This document shows positions 1 through 13,070 of a stretch of 64,000 bases of DNA, piece after piece; the stretch's first letter is position 1; each line of letters opens with the position of its first letter. The translations under genes and the position numbers were made by a program. The stretch lies in NCBI GenBank assembly GCA_965285935.1, contig OZ260663.1, positions 81,220,001 to 81,284,000 of the forward strand. The letters are read 5' to 3'. A model generated the notes under the pieces. The model had not been told where the DNA came from. It saw nothing but the letters and a program-made list of their open reading frames with translations, and made no database searches. Source of the stretch: Ophelia neglecta (taxonomy: Eukaryota).

Positions 1-1830
1 TTTACTAAATGGATAAACTGAAAGCTATGCGGAAGAGGCCTCACAAAGGAACCAGGCAGATTGCACGGCGAGCAGCTCCCAAGCCGGATGACTTGACTTC
101 TAAGCGGGAATTCGCACAATGACAGAAATAATCCTTAATTGAATTAAATTTGATTTTTGAGGACGTTCAAACATGAGATTTGAATGTTAAATGGGCCAAT
201 AGAATGATCTTGGCGAGTGTTTAAGCCCGGAGGTAACGCTTAGAATTTCAATTTCTACGCTGGTTTTCTATTCAGAGACCCGAGGAAGTGCTTCTTTTGC
301 AGTCTGTACTTTAACACTTGTAGCAACTAGCTAAATTCTGTGCAAATGGATTTAAGAAGGCAAGTATATTTGAACTGGCTGAACCGAACAATAGCTGCAT
401 GCGACATAGTTGGCTGTCGTGCTTTGCACAGCAGTCCTATGACTGGGTCCGATTTCAATTCAACTCTTAATATTTGCCAATGTATTTTGGCAAACGGAGA
501 TAGTCAGGAAAATATCAGGAGCCCAAAGTGCCGGCGACCATTTATCGGGCCGTTTATGTTTATTTTCAACTTGGTGATAATTGCACGACGGGTGGCTCTC
601 GGAGATGACGAGGAAGAGATGCCTCCTTCCTCCCCCCTCCTCTCATAATACACAATTGAGAGCTTCCCGGAGTCAATATTGAATCTGCTTGCGTAAAATT
701 TCCTGAGTTTTAGTGGGAGGGAAATTCTAGCGTGGCTCGGAGTAGTGTCGTCTGCAAAAGGCATTCATGACGGGCAAAAACCAACAGAATTTCACAATGG
801 CAGTGACATGTCCTACAGCACTCCCGGAAATTAACGGGACCATCGGACGAACTTCATTTCTCCTGTCAAACATCGCCAAATGAATTTAATACCAAAACTG
901 AAATTTGCTCAACACAAAGTCGATTTCAATTAGCACCGCGAAGAGTTCGGGCCATATTGTGAAGAGGCCTAATATCTTGCCGCTGGTTATAAGTGTCAGA
1001 CTCAGTCTATTGTCCTGTTCGAAGCTGCCTTCGACTGCGGAGATGTCGTCAGGCCATCTCAGATCATCATCTCAGCGATAAGCCTAGTCAAGACTGTCTT
1101 ACCCAGCACCCACCGACCAAACTCGAGGGTATTGGTCAAATACACCTTACCATCCGACCCATCTAACACATTATAGCACAATGCCTATATTTATATAGGC
1201 CTATCGTTACTAGGCCTATAGTATACGGGCATGAAAAACTATGGTTCCATATTAATTTCTCCGTTTCTTCAGTTAATAGATAAAACCATTTGTTTAGCCC
1301 CCTAGCCTAGGGGGTTAGCTTCAAGACTCAAGGTATGCCAGAAGTATACAAGTGATTACCCGAGACCGAAGGCTGAGAGTAATAAATAGATTATTGTATG
1401 CTGAAGGTTAACATCTTCAACAATGCTTCCCTATATAGAACAATATGACACGTGTGTATTGTCTTCAAAATTTTGGTTCATTTCCGCACCGACGAGAAAA
1501 AGGCATTAGGACTTTGGCTGCGGTCCTGCTGGGACGACCAAAATTCCATGATAAGTTAATGACCTTGAGCATTAATGACCTTGACCCTTGTGTCATCCCA
1601 TGATATATTTTACGGCACGTGACTGATCGATGTTTGACCAATCATCGACCCTATCATTCTTCATAGGCCTTTATAAATATGTTATGGATCGTAACATCTG
1701 AAATATGCTAGTTGGCCAATGGACGAATCAACTAATAGGCCTACTTTACAACTACTAGTCATTAATATAATAAATCAATGAATTTGTTCTCACCATGTTT
1801 GTTCTATGATTTTGAACCCTGCCCGCCTTA

Positions 1831-2342
1831 TCAATGTGTCGTCGAACTGGCTGTACTTGACGATGACGACGCCAGGGTCATTGCTGAGGAAGGTGACGTC
1901 ATTGGTTTGGCTATGTGTTGGGGTATCACGTGACGAGGGTAGGGGAACATCATGGCAGAGCCCCATGCCCCAGGATACTGCCCTGACCCTCTCATTGGCG
2001 ACGACGTTAGCCCGGATGATGACGTCACATTTGCCTCGCTCCCACTAACCCTATCATGGCGACGTTTCTCCGGAGAATCTTTACTCGCAACATCAGCAAG
2101 GGACCAAATTTTCGGTTTTGTACTGGGCGCCTTTGTCGTATCTTCCCTCTTGCTAACGGGGTCGATATTGGTGGTGGGTCTCATGTTTTCTGACCAAAAT
2201 GGCGGGTTTGTTGTTTGACTGTGATTGGAGCCAGACTGCGTCGTTCGGTTTGGTTGTCTACATTGATGATCATCGGAGGAGTCCGGCGTGGGTGTGACTC
2301 GCGACCTGGAGTCAGTAGAGCCGAGAGATTCTTGGACGGGAT
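1831..2342 (-). CDS. Irx: Irx exon 5 with IRO box and stop codon
   Basis: Acceptor ctttcttacag|AT, IRO box [11 protein letters not shown], tandem stops TGA TAA at 1833-1828. Confidence 0.92.
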
Positions 2343-5300
2343 CTGTAAGAAAGCAGAAACAAGATAGGGGCTTAGTTCTCAAGTGAATAGATATCATTTG
2401 TTTCAGTCATTGATTTACATTTCTTGGTGTCAAATTGAAGAGCCCTTGAGAACGGTTTAAGGGTTTGCTCTCTCAGAGAATCAACAGTGTTCATGTATTA
2501 TGCATGAGCTACAGCAAAGACACAGGCCTGGCTTGACCTTTTTTTAATGTTTTGTGAGGACAGCATCAACAGTAATACGACGTACATCGTAACAGTCAAC
2601 AGACGGACACTGATTCCACCGTGGTACAGTGTGTGTGAATTGTCCAAGACAAAGCGATAAGAGGCGGCCTTATTGGATTAAACGCCGTGATTGATATGCA
2701 TGCCGGGGTAACTAAGCTCGACTGGGGATAAGCCGAGTTAAATCTGTTAGCTTGGCGCTTGTCTATACCCGCCGATGGCTTGTCACAGCGCAGCGGAAGC
2801 CTGTGATCTTTCTTTTTTCATTTGGCTGGCAAGTGAAGGGCTGGGAACGTCAGCTACTTTGAAGGAGTATGGCCGCCTCCACTGTTTGTCTCAGTCGCCC
2901 CTTAAAGCCCATTGAATATCGCAGCCATTTGCGATATATCTTGATCGTATTACCTGGATGTCATAATGCTGAGCGCTAACCGTATTTTTATTCAGTTTCC
3001 CATAGTAATACATCGCGGTGCTCATGTCAATCCGTTTCGGATTGCGCGCAGATCAATGAATGATACCCATGTTCAATAGATCGCTACATCAAGATGATTT
3101 AATCACATCTAATTGAGTTCGGTTATAACTGTTTTCTCTTCGCATGAATGTCAATGTATAGAGTTATGTAAAGAGTTCATAATGGCGATCGATAAAGCAA
3201 TCGGGCTCGCTTATTACCGGGTTCATGGGAAGCAAGTTCCCATAACGGACTCTCATACAATCTCTTCCTCAAAGCCTCGATTCTCTACAATGATATTCAT
3301 CGTTTAAAGCTCTTCAAATCGAGTAATTAGTTTGGTTGGGACAAAGCTTGTCACGGGCTTGGCTGTCGCATAATTGATTCAAGTGTCGGTCGGCCGCTTG
3401 TCAAGCCGTAAAACTTTCAATTTTGACTTTTCCCAATGATTTCATTGATCGATCGGCCTTTCAGAAGACGAAGAAACATCGCTAACATTTGTCAGGCGGG
3501 AAAATTTGCATTGAACATTTTCATTCTATCAAGGCTAGCCATTGGTTTTGCATTCTGAGTTAATTACAGGTCGATGGCTTACGAAAATAGTTTGGCTTTG
3601 AAAATTGGGAATGCTTTGTCGGGGATATTTGTCGCCATAAAAGTTAGTTGTGCACAATCACGCCGAAATGCACCGTGAAAATCTGCGTTAATGGATTCAC
3701 AAAATGCCATCGAGCTCTTTTTGTGCTGAATAATGTTATGGTTGTGCCGGGCATTGTCAAATTTGTTTATATTTTCTGAAATGCGGTAAAATGCAAATCG
3801 TGTTTCGTGAAGTGTTCATTGAAACGAGATGACATTTTATCAAAAGATTCAATAGTCACACACGCAAATAACAATGATGAACTCGTTTTTTACCAGAAGT
3901 GACATAATTCAGAAAGCGGACCGTGAGATGTTATCTCGCTGGTTATTAAAATCCAATTGATAAACTCCAACATTAAAGAACTCTAATATTTGTCCATCAC
4001 TTATATCTGTAAGTAGTTAGCAGTGATCTTCTGCGCGTTTCATGGCCTAGGCCTATATTTCTATTTCCTATGAGCTCTCGTTGCAAACATGGTATTTTAT
4101 GGGACTATGAATGTTATGATATATGAAAAATATCACTACCTGCAGAAAACAGTCTGAAATCAATAGCCTCGTGATCGTCGTCTGTCACACATATGTCCTC
4201 CTCCTGGTCCTGGTCGTCTTCTACGCCATTTTGAGATCCTCCAGACTTCCGGTGCGATGGACCGTCTTCGTCGCTGGACAGACAGCCCTCGTCATCGTCA
4301 TCGTCTGTGCCGCGTGTGGTCCACGTGACCTTATTGTCCTTCTTGAGGCGCCGCCTAGCGTTGGCGAACCACGTGCTCACTTGTGTTAAAGTCATCTTGG
4401 TTATGATCGCCAACATGATTTTCTCTCCCTTTGTGGGGTATGGGTTCTTTTTGTGTTCGTTTAACCAAGCTTTTAAGGTGTTCGTTCCTTCTCTGGTTGC
4501 ATTCTTTCTTCTCGCATTAGGATCCAACGCGAACCTAAAAAGTAGTAGTGTGAATTTTATGAAACCAATCAAAACAAAAAGAAAAGTGTCAAAATGTTTT
4601 TTTTTTTTAATAAAATTAACCCTATAATTAGGGAGATGGTCAATGGCCTCGTGATAAGAACCTCGTGATTATGTCTGTCAGCCAAAACTGTTTACATCCA
4701 AAAGGAAACTAATGCATCACTATTATTAAGTCTAATGAATTCGCTACCATTTACCACTTGGGAATTATCACGTTTAGTCGGAACAAATTACCATTCAATC
4801 ACTCTCAATTTACAGGCACACTCATATACTGTTTGTCGACATAACATCGTTTTTGTTTCAACTTAACACTTTCCTCTGAGAAAATACAGATATCAACAGC
4901 ACTTGTGGGAAAAAGTTCTGGGAATACTCACGCATTAGCATAAGGGTGAGCCATGATACCCTGCTCGTATGGGAAGTAGGGGGACTGGCGGAGCGCGGCC
5001 CAGAACTCGACGTTATCCTTGGGGTCAAAAGCACCACCCTGTAACAGAGAACGGTCAATCGTGAATATTCATAACCCTGCTTAGAATACTCCATTCTCAA
5101 AGAGAGCGAGGGTGTCAAGCGATGAGAACCAAACCATTATCCAGGGAACTCGTAATGACCAAGTAATGAATTAGTTGTTGAAAGGTCGAGTTTTCGTAAT
5201 CAGACGTGACTGCGGAGTGACTGCGACTAACTGTTTGTTTCGTTCTGGTGATGGGCGCTCTGTTTTGATTTCGCCACATTTTTCTGTTGATGTTCGGGTG

Positions 5301-7586
5301 TTAATTGATACCAAATATCCGCCTTTGTATCGTCCAGCCTTTGATGATGACTAATCGAGGAGACCATGTCACTTTAATATATTCATCATCAGAAATTGTA
5401 TTATTTTAAAGCTTGTATAATATTAAAGTGTTTTTTTGTGTCCAAACAGAGCCAGCTGCTAGTAAGAACATGCTTTTGAAATTTTGAATGTCATGATATT
5501 GTCGTGAATATTTGTGTTATTGTAACACTCATGCACTCAATGTATTTGCCAACATCGAAAGGTAAATGTAAGAAAGGGCGAAGAGGGTAGTTTTATTTGG
5601 CCTTACAAAACACCTTGATATTGGGCTTCTCACCGCCTGTATTGACATAACACTACGCGACAGAGTTCGCACAATGATGTGATTGAAAATCACAAAATTG
5701 TTACATTTATGCAAGACACTAAATTGTTATCATTACCAAGGTGTAAAAGTGTTGCCTTTTTGGGGCAAGTTGTAGAATTAGGCGCAGATTGACTCCGGTC
5801 AACAAGAGGGTTTAATTAGGTTCTTCCAAGTTTCTTGCCTGTATACATTTGCCCGGAGGCTTTTTCCATTAGTAAAATTACTTGTATTGTGAAGAAATCT
5901 ACTTTTTAGGTTACACTAAACAAGCCTGTCTACTCCTTTCAAGCCTTTTCATTAATTGCTACAATCTTTAGTTCGCGTTTACGTTCAAGATTTTACCGGT
6001 ATGTCGCCATCACATGAGCCCCTGATGTCAAAGGACACAATTTCTGTCTGGTATAGTTTTTTTTGAGAATATATTCATGTTCTAACACTTTTAGGCGTGT
6101 TACCAACGAAAAAATCAACTGTCATGACATATGTTCCACGCGTCACTGATTAAACCGTAAATACAGCAGCAGCAAGAAGGCCTATATATAACTAGAATCT
6201 TACTTATTTTCAATAATATTTAGGCCGATGTTCCAAATGTGCAATGAGAATTATCGAGAAAACTATATTCTAAATGCCCTAATCATAATAAAGCGAAAAG
6301 TGATTGTTGACAAGTTGTTAATTCATACAATAATGGCAAAACTATAATTGATGTTCCACTTATGCAAGACGTTTTACTTTCTTTCGCAAAGTTTGTGTAG
6401 TAATACAACAAGGAGGGTATACAATTTGTTGTAACGGGAAATAATGTAAACTGTAAAGTAGCCGACAAGACTGTCCATCCGTAATCAAGAGTATTGATAT
6501 ATTTAAGTGAAAAACACGCATACATGTGCAGGAATCTGTTTATGGAGAATCAAAGGCTTGTGGTCATGAGGGTAAAAAGTGCCCGGTACATCCTGGGAGT
6601 ATGACTACAACTTGTAGTTAATGGCCATGACTTTAGTAAATCAAGCTAAACAACATAGCAGATTTACCGAATAGACATGTATTACAATGAGTGTCAAAGT
6701 CTATACTATAATTATGACACATGAACGTGGTACTTACCAGTATGGGAGGGTACATCCCAGGGTTCTCGGGAGGGAAGGTAGATAGGCCTTGGACGGCCAG
6801 GTAGGGGTGGGCGGCCATGCCCTCCGGCAGACCTGGCAGGAGGCCGCCGGGGTAGCCCGCGGCCACTAGATTAGAGCCCGGTGGGCAGCAGCTACACAAC
6901 CCCCCTGAGCCTGGAGGACCGACTAGACACCCACCAGGTCGTGGAGGGGCGCCCGAGGAACCCCCCGACACAGGGGTACAACATGTTGGACTGGAACCTC
7001 CCTCCTGACTCCGTGGTACCGTCATCAGCAGCTGGAAGGCAAATACAACTATGAAATACATCTCAAAAAAGTCTATTACAATCTTACGTTTTCCAAATAA
7101 TCTTTGGATTAACAAAAGCTCACTCACTATAATATATAGTTAATTATAGGGAAATGTGGCCTAAAGTAACTTAGAAGTATCCTGTTCAAATCTCCTTGGC
7201 AGGAGAGGTAAAAGCTGAACATATACACGCTATACGTCCAATACTACGGTTAGTGTTAAGTGTTAAGTAAAAAGATAAGAAATTCAGGGGTGTAACTTCA
7301 CCCACCCTTAAACTATACAGATTTATATGTATTAAATCACAGGTGATGGTGTCATGGGCTTACTGCGATGTCAATGTTTGATGTTGAAAATCGCGTTAGA
7401 GTAAGTGCCTTAGACTACAAGCGGCAATACGGTGAAGTCGGACGGCCTGTAAGAATCGATACTCGAGAGGTATGGCTGCTCTAGGTAGAGGCACTCGGTT
7501 AAAGAGGGTGAAAATCGTCTTACCTGAGAAGGGGCTCTTCCCGGGGGGCAGGGGCCGCCCAACCTGGGAACGGGATAGGCCATCAT
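1831..7586 (-). CDS. Irx: Iroquois-class TALE homeobox transcription factor, whole gene (5 coding exons, 1371 nt, 456 aa)
   Basis: Exons of 63+294+107+395+512 nt join in frame through GT-AG introns. Contains the Irx homeodomain (RRKNATRE...[35 protein letters not shown]), an acidic tract and the IRO box [12 protein letters not shown]. Confidence 0.96.
4140..4534 (-). CDS. Irx: Irx exon 4: TALE homeodomain and acidic region
   Basis: Acceptor acttttag-type |GTTC and donor GCAG|gtagtg (phase 1, compatible with exon 5). Has the PYP TALE loop and the WFANARRR helix 3. Confidence 0.96.
4932..5038 (-). CDS. Irx: Irx exon 3 ([35 protein letters not shown])
   Basis: Acceptor tctctgttacag|GGT, donor GC|gtgagt, 107 nt, phase 0-2. 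Y/P-rich pre-homeodomain segment, in frame with exon 4. Confidence 0.9.
6738..7031 (-). CDS. Irx: Irx exon 2 (LLMTVPRSQ...TCC...CSCC...MYPPIL)
   Basis: Acceptor tttgccttccag|CTG, donor CTG|gtaagt, 294 nt, phase 0-0, inside ORF 6633..7127. Confidence 0.92.
7524..7586 (-). CDS. Irx: Irx exon 1 ([21 protein letters not shown])
   Basis: ATG at 7586, 21 codons ending CAG|gtaaga, phase 0. A short first exon ending in SQ is typical of Irx genes. Confidence 0.85.
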
Positions 7587-8130
7587 CTCGAACTCGCAGA
7601 AGATAATCCACTAAATCCTGATAGGGTGCGTTGTAATCTAGAGCAGTGTGTCCGTTAATCCGAGCGAGGCTGTATTTGGTCCGTGATCAGCGATGATGAA
7701 GAAGCCGTCTGCCGCTTAATGGCCGTCTTGACATGGACCGAGCGCGGATTGAAGCCCACACCGACTGTGTTGCGCCAACGTTAATTAAATCGAGCGAGAT
7801 GTCAACAAATTCGCCGACATCGCAATCTGTGGAGCGAGCGGTGGTAGCGGGCTGGACTACAACTAGTAGCGAGACTGGGGAGCAAAAGGGGAGCTTGTAG
7901 TACCAGCTTGGTCTTTGATGTTTGCCAAGTGCTAACACGACGGACAATGTCTGGCTGGGGATTGGTACACAGCGGGTCGACCGGCCAATGGTGGCGGTGG
8001 AGGGCGTCCCGGGTCCTCCGGGCTTTGTCCCGCAGGCCCCGCCCCAAGGTCCCCTGACTAGCCTTTTGACAGGCAGGGTCACTAGCCGGGTCACCTCCAT
8101 CACCCGGGCGCAGACTAACCATACTCAACT
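7587..8130 (-). promoter_or_regulatory. GC/CpG-rich 5' UTR and promoter region of Irx
   Basis: High GC and CpG immediately upstream of the ATG, GC-box GCCCCGCCCC at 8036-8045, CCAAT near 7985. The TSS cannot be placed from sequence. Confidence 0.55.
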
Positions 8131-10191
8131 ACCAACAACGCCAGATTTAACTTGTTTCAATTTCAAATGCACGCATGTTAACACAAGTAAACCTACTTGG
8201 CATTACTCTGAAGATCCCATGTATACAGTTTGGCTCTCGATGGGTCGAGAGAATGCTTTGATGCTTGACCATTACTTAATCTAGCTTTGAAATGTTCCAC
8301 TTGGACTAAATACCACTGGTCGGAACGATGCATATGTACATTCCCAATACCACGATTTATTGACATAAATGCTTTACAAATTGTTTGTTTATTTATGAAT
8401 TAAAAATGGCAGTAAATTTGCAAGTCCTTAAGATCGCTTTATCTCCTTGACGACTTGGAGAAACAGTCAGTAATTGGTTACAATATCATTCATTTTGTGT
8501 GATATAGGTAATTAAACACAAACCAACAGATGTGTAATTAGCTGATTGTTTCAAGTGGGAAGGAGTGGCCTAATTATACCAACAATTTAAAAACACCCCA
8601 TTGACAAAAATAATATGAATTTCCAGTATTTAGCTATTAGAATAGGATATTTAATGGAGACAATTTAGACTTCCAATGGCGGAAAACTAAAAGCCCCAAA
8701 ATACCTAGACAGAAATCCTGCCCCACCAAGCGTGTCAGGCAGTTCTTTACAAATGTCAAAATAATCTCTTAATCTTTGGACAAATCTAAAAGATTTTTGT
8801 ACGTAGGATGACCATCTACCTGTCTAGTGTTTATAAACAATTCAAATTGATATCCTAAACATTATTTATTCCTAAAAGCAGACGACCGTGTTTAATAATC
8901 ATTGAGATGGGATTGAGGCGAACCCTGCTGGGAGTTATGGCCAGCGCGCGGGAAAATCGTATAATCGTCTGTTTATTTGTCTCGCCCTATTATTGGGCTG
9001 TAAATCATCGGATTGTATCGAACGTCGATTGACTGGCTGTCTTCTGGTTAGCGATCATGCCGGCGGGGATTTCCTCGGAGACCCGGTGATTATCACATCA
9101 TGTTAATTTGTTAAGCACGCCAACAAAACTAGAAGGAAACCCCGCGGGGGTGGTTCCAGGTAAACAGTCATCGCCGAGAGCGGGGTATACAAGCGAGTAC
9201 CTGCCTACCGGAGTTAATTGTACCCCCGAGTGAGGGAGAATGACCCTTAGATAATAAGCAGACGACACAACGGCAGACAATATTCTAACTGGCATGACTT
9301 TTGTCCTCCTCGGAAGCTGTAAGTGAAAGCTTTACGAATCCAACCAGAAAGATTTCCATGCTGATTAAGCTCGAGTTCATTAGTTTCTTCACGTGTCTCA
9401 ATGTTTACTCTAAAGTATGCTTCATTATAGCTGAGAAACAAAAACCCAGGGGTTATGGTTTTGTTAGCATCATAATATCAACACAATGTTGATTTGACAG
9501 TATGGGGAATGCCCCAGGAGCTCAAAATGGATAAAAACGAGAAAGAAAATTTCGCAAACACAATCTTTGAGATATAGGACTACATGTATTGCAACTCCCA
9601 CGAATTATTAATTGAGAAGTCCTTATTATTATATACCTCCTTTCAGAATAACAAACATAACATAATTATATAGGTCTATAGATCCAGCAAAATATTAACG
9701 TTAGGCGATATGCTAATAATGTAGGAATTATATTTCATTCATTGCATATATAATTATTCAAGCCGATAATTGAAAAGAAGCAGTTTAAATGTAATCTGTG
9801 ATGAAACCTTTGTAAAAATATATTAGGAATTCGAAAAGAAATAATGGATGCAGCTTAACAGCTAACAAGAATTGCACTCGGAACAACCAGAATTGCTGGT
9901 CAAAAGCAGACGATCGTTTTTGATAGCGAAAATAATTTTTGTACATATAGTAGTCCAACATATAGGCTGTAGGGACTCTAGGCCAACAGTCACAACCGCG
10001 AGAACGGGCTGTCGAGATGCGTCGATACTGCGGCTTTCTGCCGGCCTGTACCGGTGTCTGAACCGCTGTTCCTGCCAGCGGGTCCATGGAACCCATGACG
10101 TCAGCTCGGCTTTCCGCCGACGTCCAGGAAAAGCTCCGGCGATATCGCGGTTCCTGCCAGCAGGTCCGTGGAAAACTGCAGCGAAAGGTCG

Positions 10192-11165
10192 GCTTTCTTG
10201 AGGCGGGTCAATGGAAAACGGCCGGCGGCGCGATAGCTCGACCTTCTTGAGGCGGGTCAATGGAAAACGGCCGGCGGCGCGATAGCTCGGCCTTCTTGAG
10301 TCGGGTCAATGGAAAAACGGCCGGCGGCGCGATAGCTCGACCTTCTTGAGGCGGGTCAATGGAAAAACAGTCGGCGGCGCGATAGCTCGACCTTCTTGAG
10401 GCGGGTCAATGGAAAAACGGCCGGCGGCGCGATAGCTCGGCTTTCTTGTGGCGGGTCAATGGAAAACGGTCGGCGGCGCGATAGCTCGACCTTCTTGAGG
10501 CGGGTCAAAGGAAAAACGGCCGGCGGCGCGATAGCTCAACCTTCTTGAGGCGGGTCAATGGAAAAACGGCCGGCGGCGCGATAGCTCGGCCTTCTTGAGG
10601 CGGGTCAATGGAAAAACGGCCGGCGGCGCGATAGCTCGGCCTTCTTGAGGCGGGTCAATGGAAAACGGCCGGCGGCGCGATAGCTCGACCTTCTTGAGGC
10701 GGGTCAATGGAAAAACGGCCGGCGGCGCGATAACTCGGCCTTCTTGAGGCGGGTCAATGGAAAAACGGCCGGCGGCGCGATAGCTCGGCCTTCTTGAGGC
10801 GGGTCAATGGAAAAACGGCCGGCGGCGCGATAGCTCGGCCTTCTTGAGGCGGGTCAATGGAAAAACGGCCGGCGGCGCGATAGCTCGGCCTTCTTGAGGC
10901 GGGTCAATGGAAAAACGGCCGGCGGCGCGATAGCTCGGCCTTCTTGAGGCGGGTCAATGGAAAAACGGTCGGCGGCGCGATAGCTCGACCTTCTTGAGGC
11001 GGGTCAATGGAAAAACGGCCGGCGACGCGATAGCACGGCCTACTTGAGGCGGGTCAAAGGAAAAACGGCCGGCGACGCGATAGCACGGCCTTCTTGAGGT
11101 GGGTCAAAGGAAAGCCTCAGCGATAGCTGGGCCTTCTTCTGGAGGGTCAAAGGAAAGCCGCGGCG
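10192..11165. repeat. GC/CpG-rich minisatellite, 49-50 bp unit, about 19-20 copies
   Basis: Unit CCTTCTTGAGGCGGGTCAATGGAAAAACGGCCGGCGGCGCGATAGCTCGG, near-identical centrally and degenerate at the right end. Confidence 0.97.
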
Positions 11166-12985
11166 ATGCGCGGCCTTCTGCCGGCAGGCCGCGGTGGAGC
11201 AGGGCCGTCGCGGCAGAAATAACATTGGGGGATCGGTTGGTACCATCGTGCGAGGTATTGCGTTACCTTATATTACATAGGACTATGTAATATAGATTCG
11301 TAAACGTTCGAATAATAATCCTGTTTTGTGTAAGAATATTACATAGGCCTATATATTTATTTGTTGGCGCAAATAATTTAAGAAAAATGAGAATCTATTG
11401 GGAGATAGGCCTTTATAGGTCTATATAGCCTTACATTCCTATATATATATAGACGTTCTTCAACTTTCATATAGAGGCCTATATATTTTAAATTGGCAGA
11501 AAGCAATCACAATCAAGTCGAATTCAAAATTTATCTTCCGAGGGCGTATTTTGATAATGGGCATCTTAAAGGAGGATTTTGTATAACGTATTAAAAGTGC
11601 TCCTTCTTATTTCGAACCAGTGTTATCGTTTCATTTTACCGTACTTAGATACACCGAGTAATCGTCTGCCACCTCGCCAGACGCAGCCTATAGTTTCTCG
11701 ACCTTTTACTGATGAGCGGTACTGGTCGGAGGGTGATGTCTACGCGGATGTGGGGTATAGCTCGCGGCCCAGCACGATGGCGCCATTTCCTGTTTGCAAG
11801 CTGCTCCCACCATTTCGGGGGGTTACAAGACATTTATGGCCGCGGATTAATTGCGCTTCGCCGAACTCGTCCAAAACTAATGTCTTCTTGTAAACAAAAG
11901 GAGAATTAACTCGGAGTAGGAGCAGGAAATTGAGCTAAAACATCAATGGCCTGGCTGACAGGGATTGGGGCGAGGGGCCGGGGAAGCGCTGATGCCCTTA
12001 GCAATATACGAGCGCGCACAGGTGTAACGGAAGACGGGGGCCAGATTTATGCTCGCCCGGCCTCCGGAGTCGGGCAGAAGCGATGTTAGACAGATAATGT
12101 CCTTGTCATAGAGACCAGGAATCATGTCTCGACTGATTCACTCCGGAACCTCGCCTTGTCCGGGCTTAACCAACGTGTAGCTGGCAGCAATTTGTAGGCA
12201 GCCATCCAAGCTTTTACATTTTTTACTTCACTTGTTTAAGACAATATATTCTTGACTCTAGACATTTAAATCTGTTCGATGATGGTCAAGTTATTACCGG
12301 GAGAGTTGAGTCAAATTGTGAAGATTTAGTTGTTTGAATGAAATGAAAGTATAAAAAACCTTCTTACTTACCTTCTTGGTCAAATGACATGACCTATATA
12401 ATGTTTTGATTTTCGTACAATGCTCAGAACAGACAGACACCTTTTTTTGCGTGTTTTCAAACCTATTGGGTAAAATTTCTGTCGAAAGCTTTTCACCTTG
12501 TAGATTTGAATAATCACTGGACAAAATGTGTTTGGCAAGAAACGGTATCATGTGCCTAACATTTTTTGCATTTTCTTGTAATTTACCACAAGAGTAATAA
12601 TTTCTCTGTATTAGAGGTGGTCCAAGTCTTAACAGGCCTAAATGTGCCAATTAAGTGCACTGACACGAGAATTGGCATGAAAGGTTGAGGGCTCTTGTAA
12701 GCAGATTATTACTAATGCTTGAAACATCTGTAAGGTTATATCTACAAAAAAAAAATCCTGGTGTGAAATGGTCATGGAAATGACGACCCCCCCCCCCCCT
12801 CTCTTTCCAGGGTCAATCATTCCTGACTACATACATGTATATACATATATGGCAACTCTGGCTGACCATCAATGGCGCCCTTTCCTCTGCAGTCGACCAG
12901 AACCTAAGAAAAAGTGTAGACAGGAGAGGCAGGGGCGCTAGTAGTGTTTTCGAACGTGAGGTCAGGTGAGGGATGATCTCCCAGT

Positions 12986-13005
12986 GAGAGAGAGAGAGAG
13001 AGAGA

Positions 13006-13056
<51 letters not shown>

Positions 13057-13070
13057 GGGGGGGAGGGGGG
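12986..13070. repeat. (GA)n microsatellite fused to a poly-G run
   Basis: About 60 nt of GA dinucleotide followed by over 20 G. Confidence 0.95.

Noticed and set aside
1295-1645. Hairpin and possible dispersed repeat downstream of the Irx stop
   Set aside because: An imperfect 11-bp stem and vague repeat resemblance only; boundaries and function cannot be assigned.
1806-4627. Plus-strand ORFs opposite Irx exons
   Set aside because: Antisense shadows of real coding exons.
10192-11165. CRISPR-like array
   Set aside because: Units are contiguous with no unique spacers, there are no cas genes, and the context is eukaryotic.
9785-11290. ORFs overlapping the VNTR and its flanks
   Set aside because: By-products of a GC-rich repeat, with no recognisable domain or splice structure.
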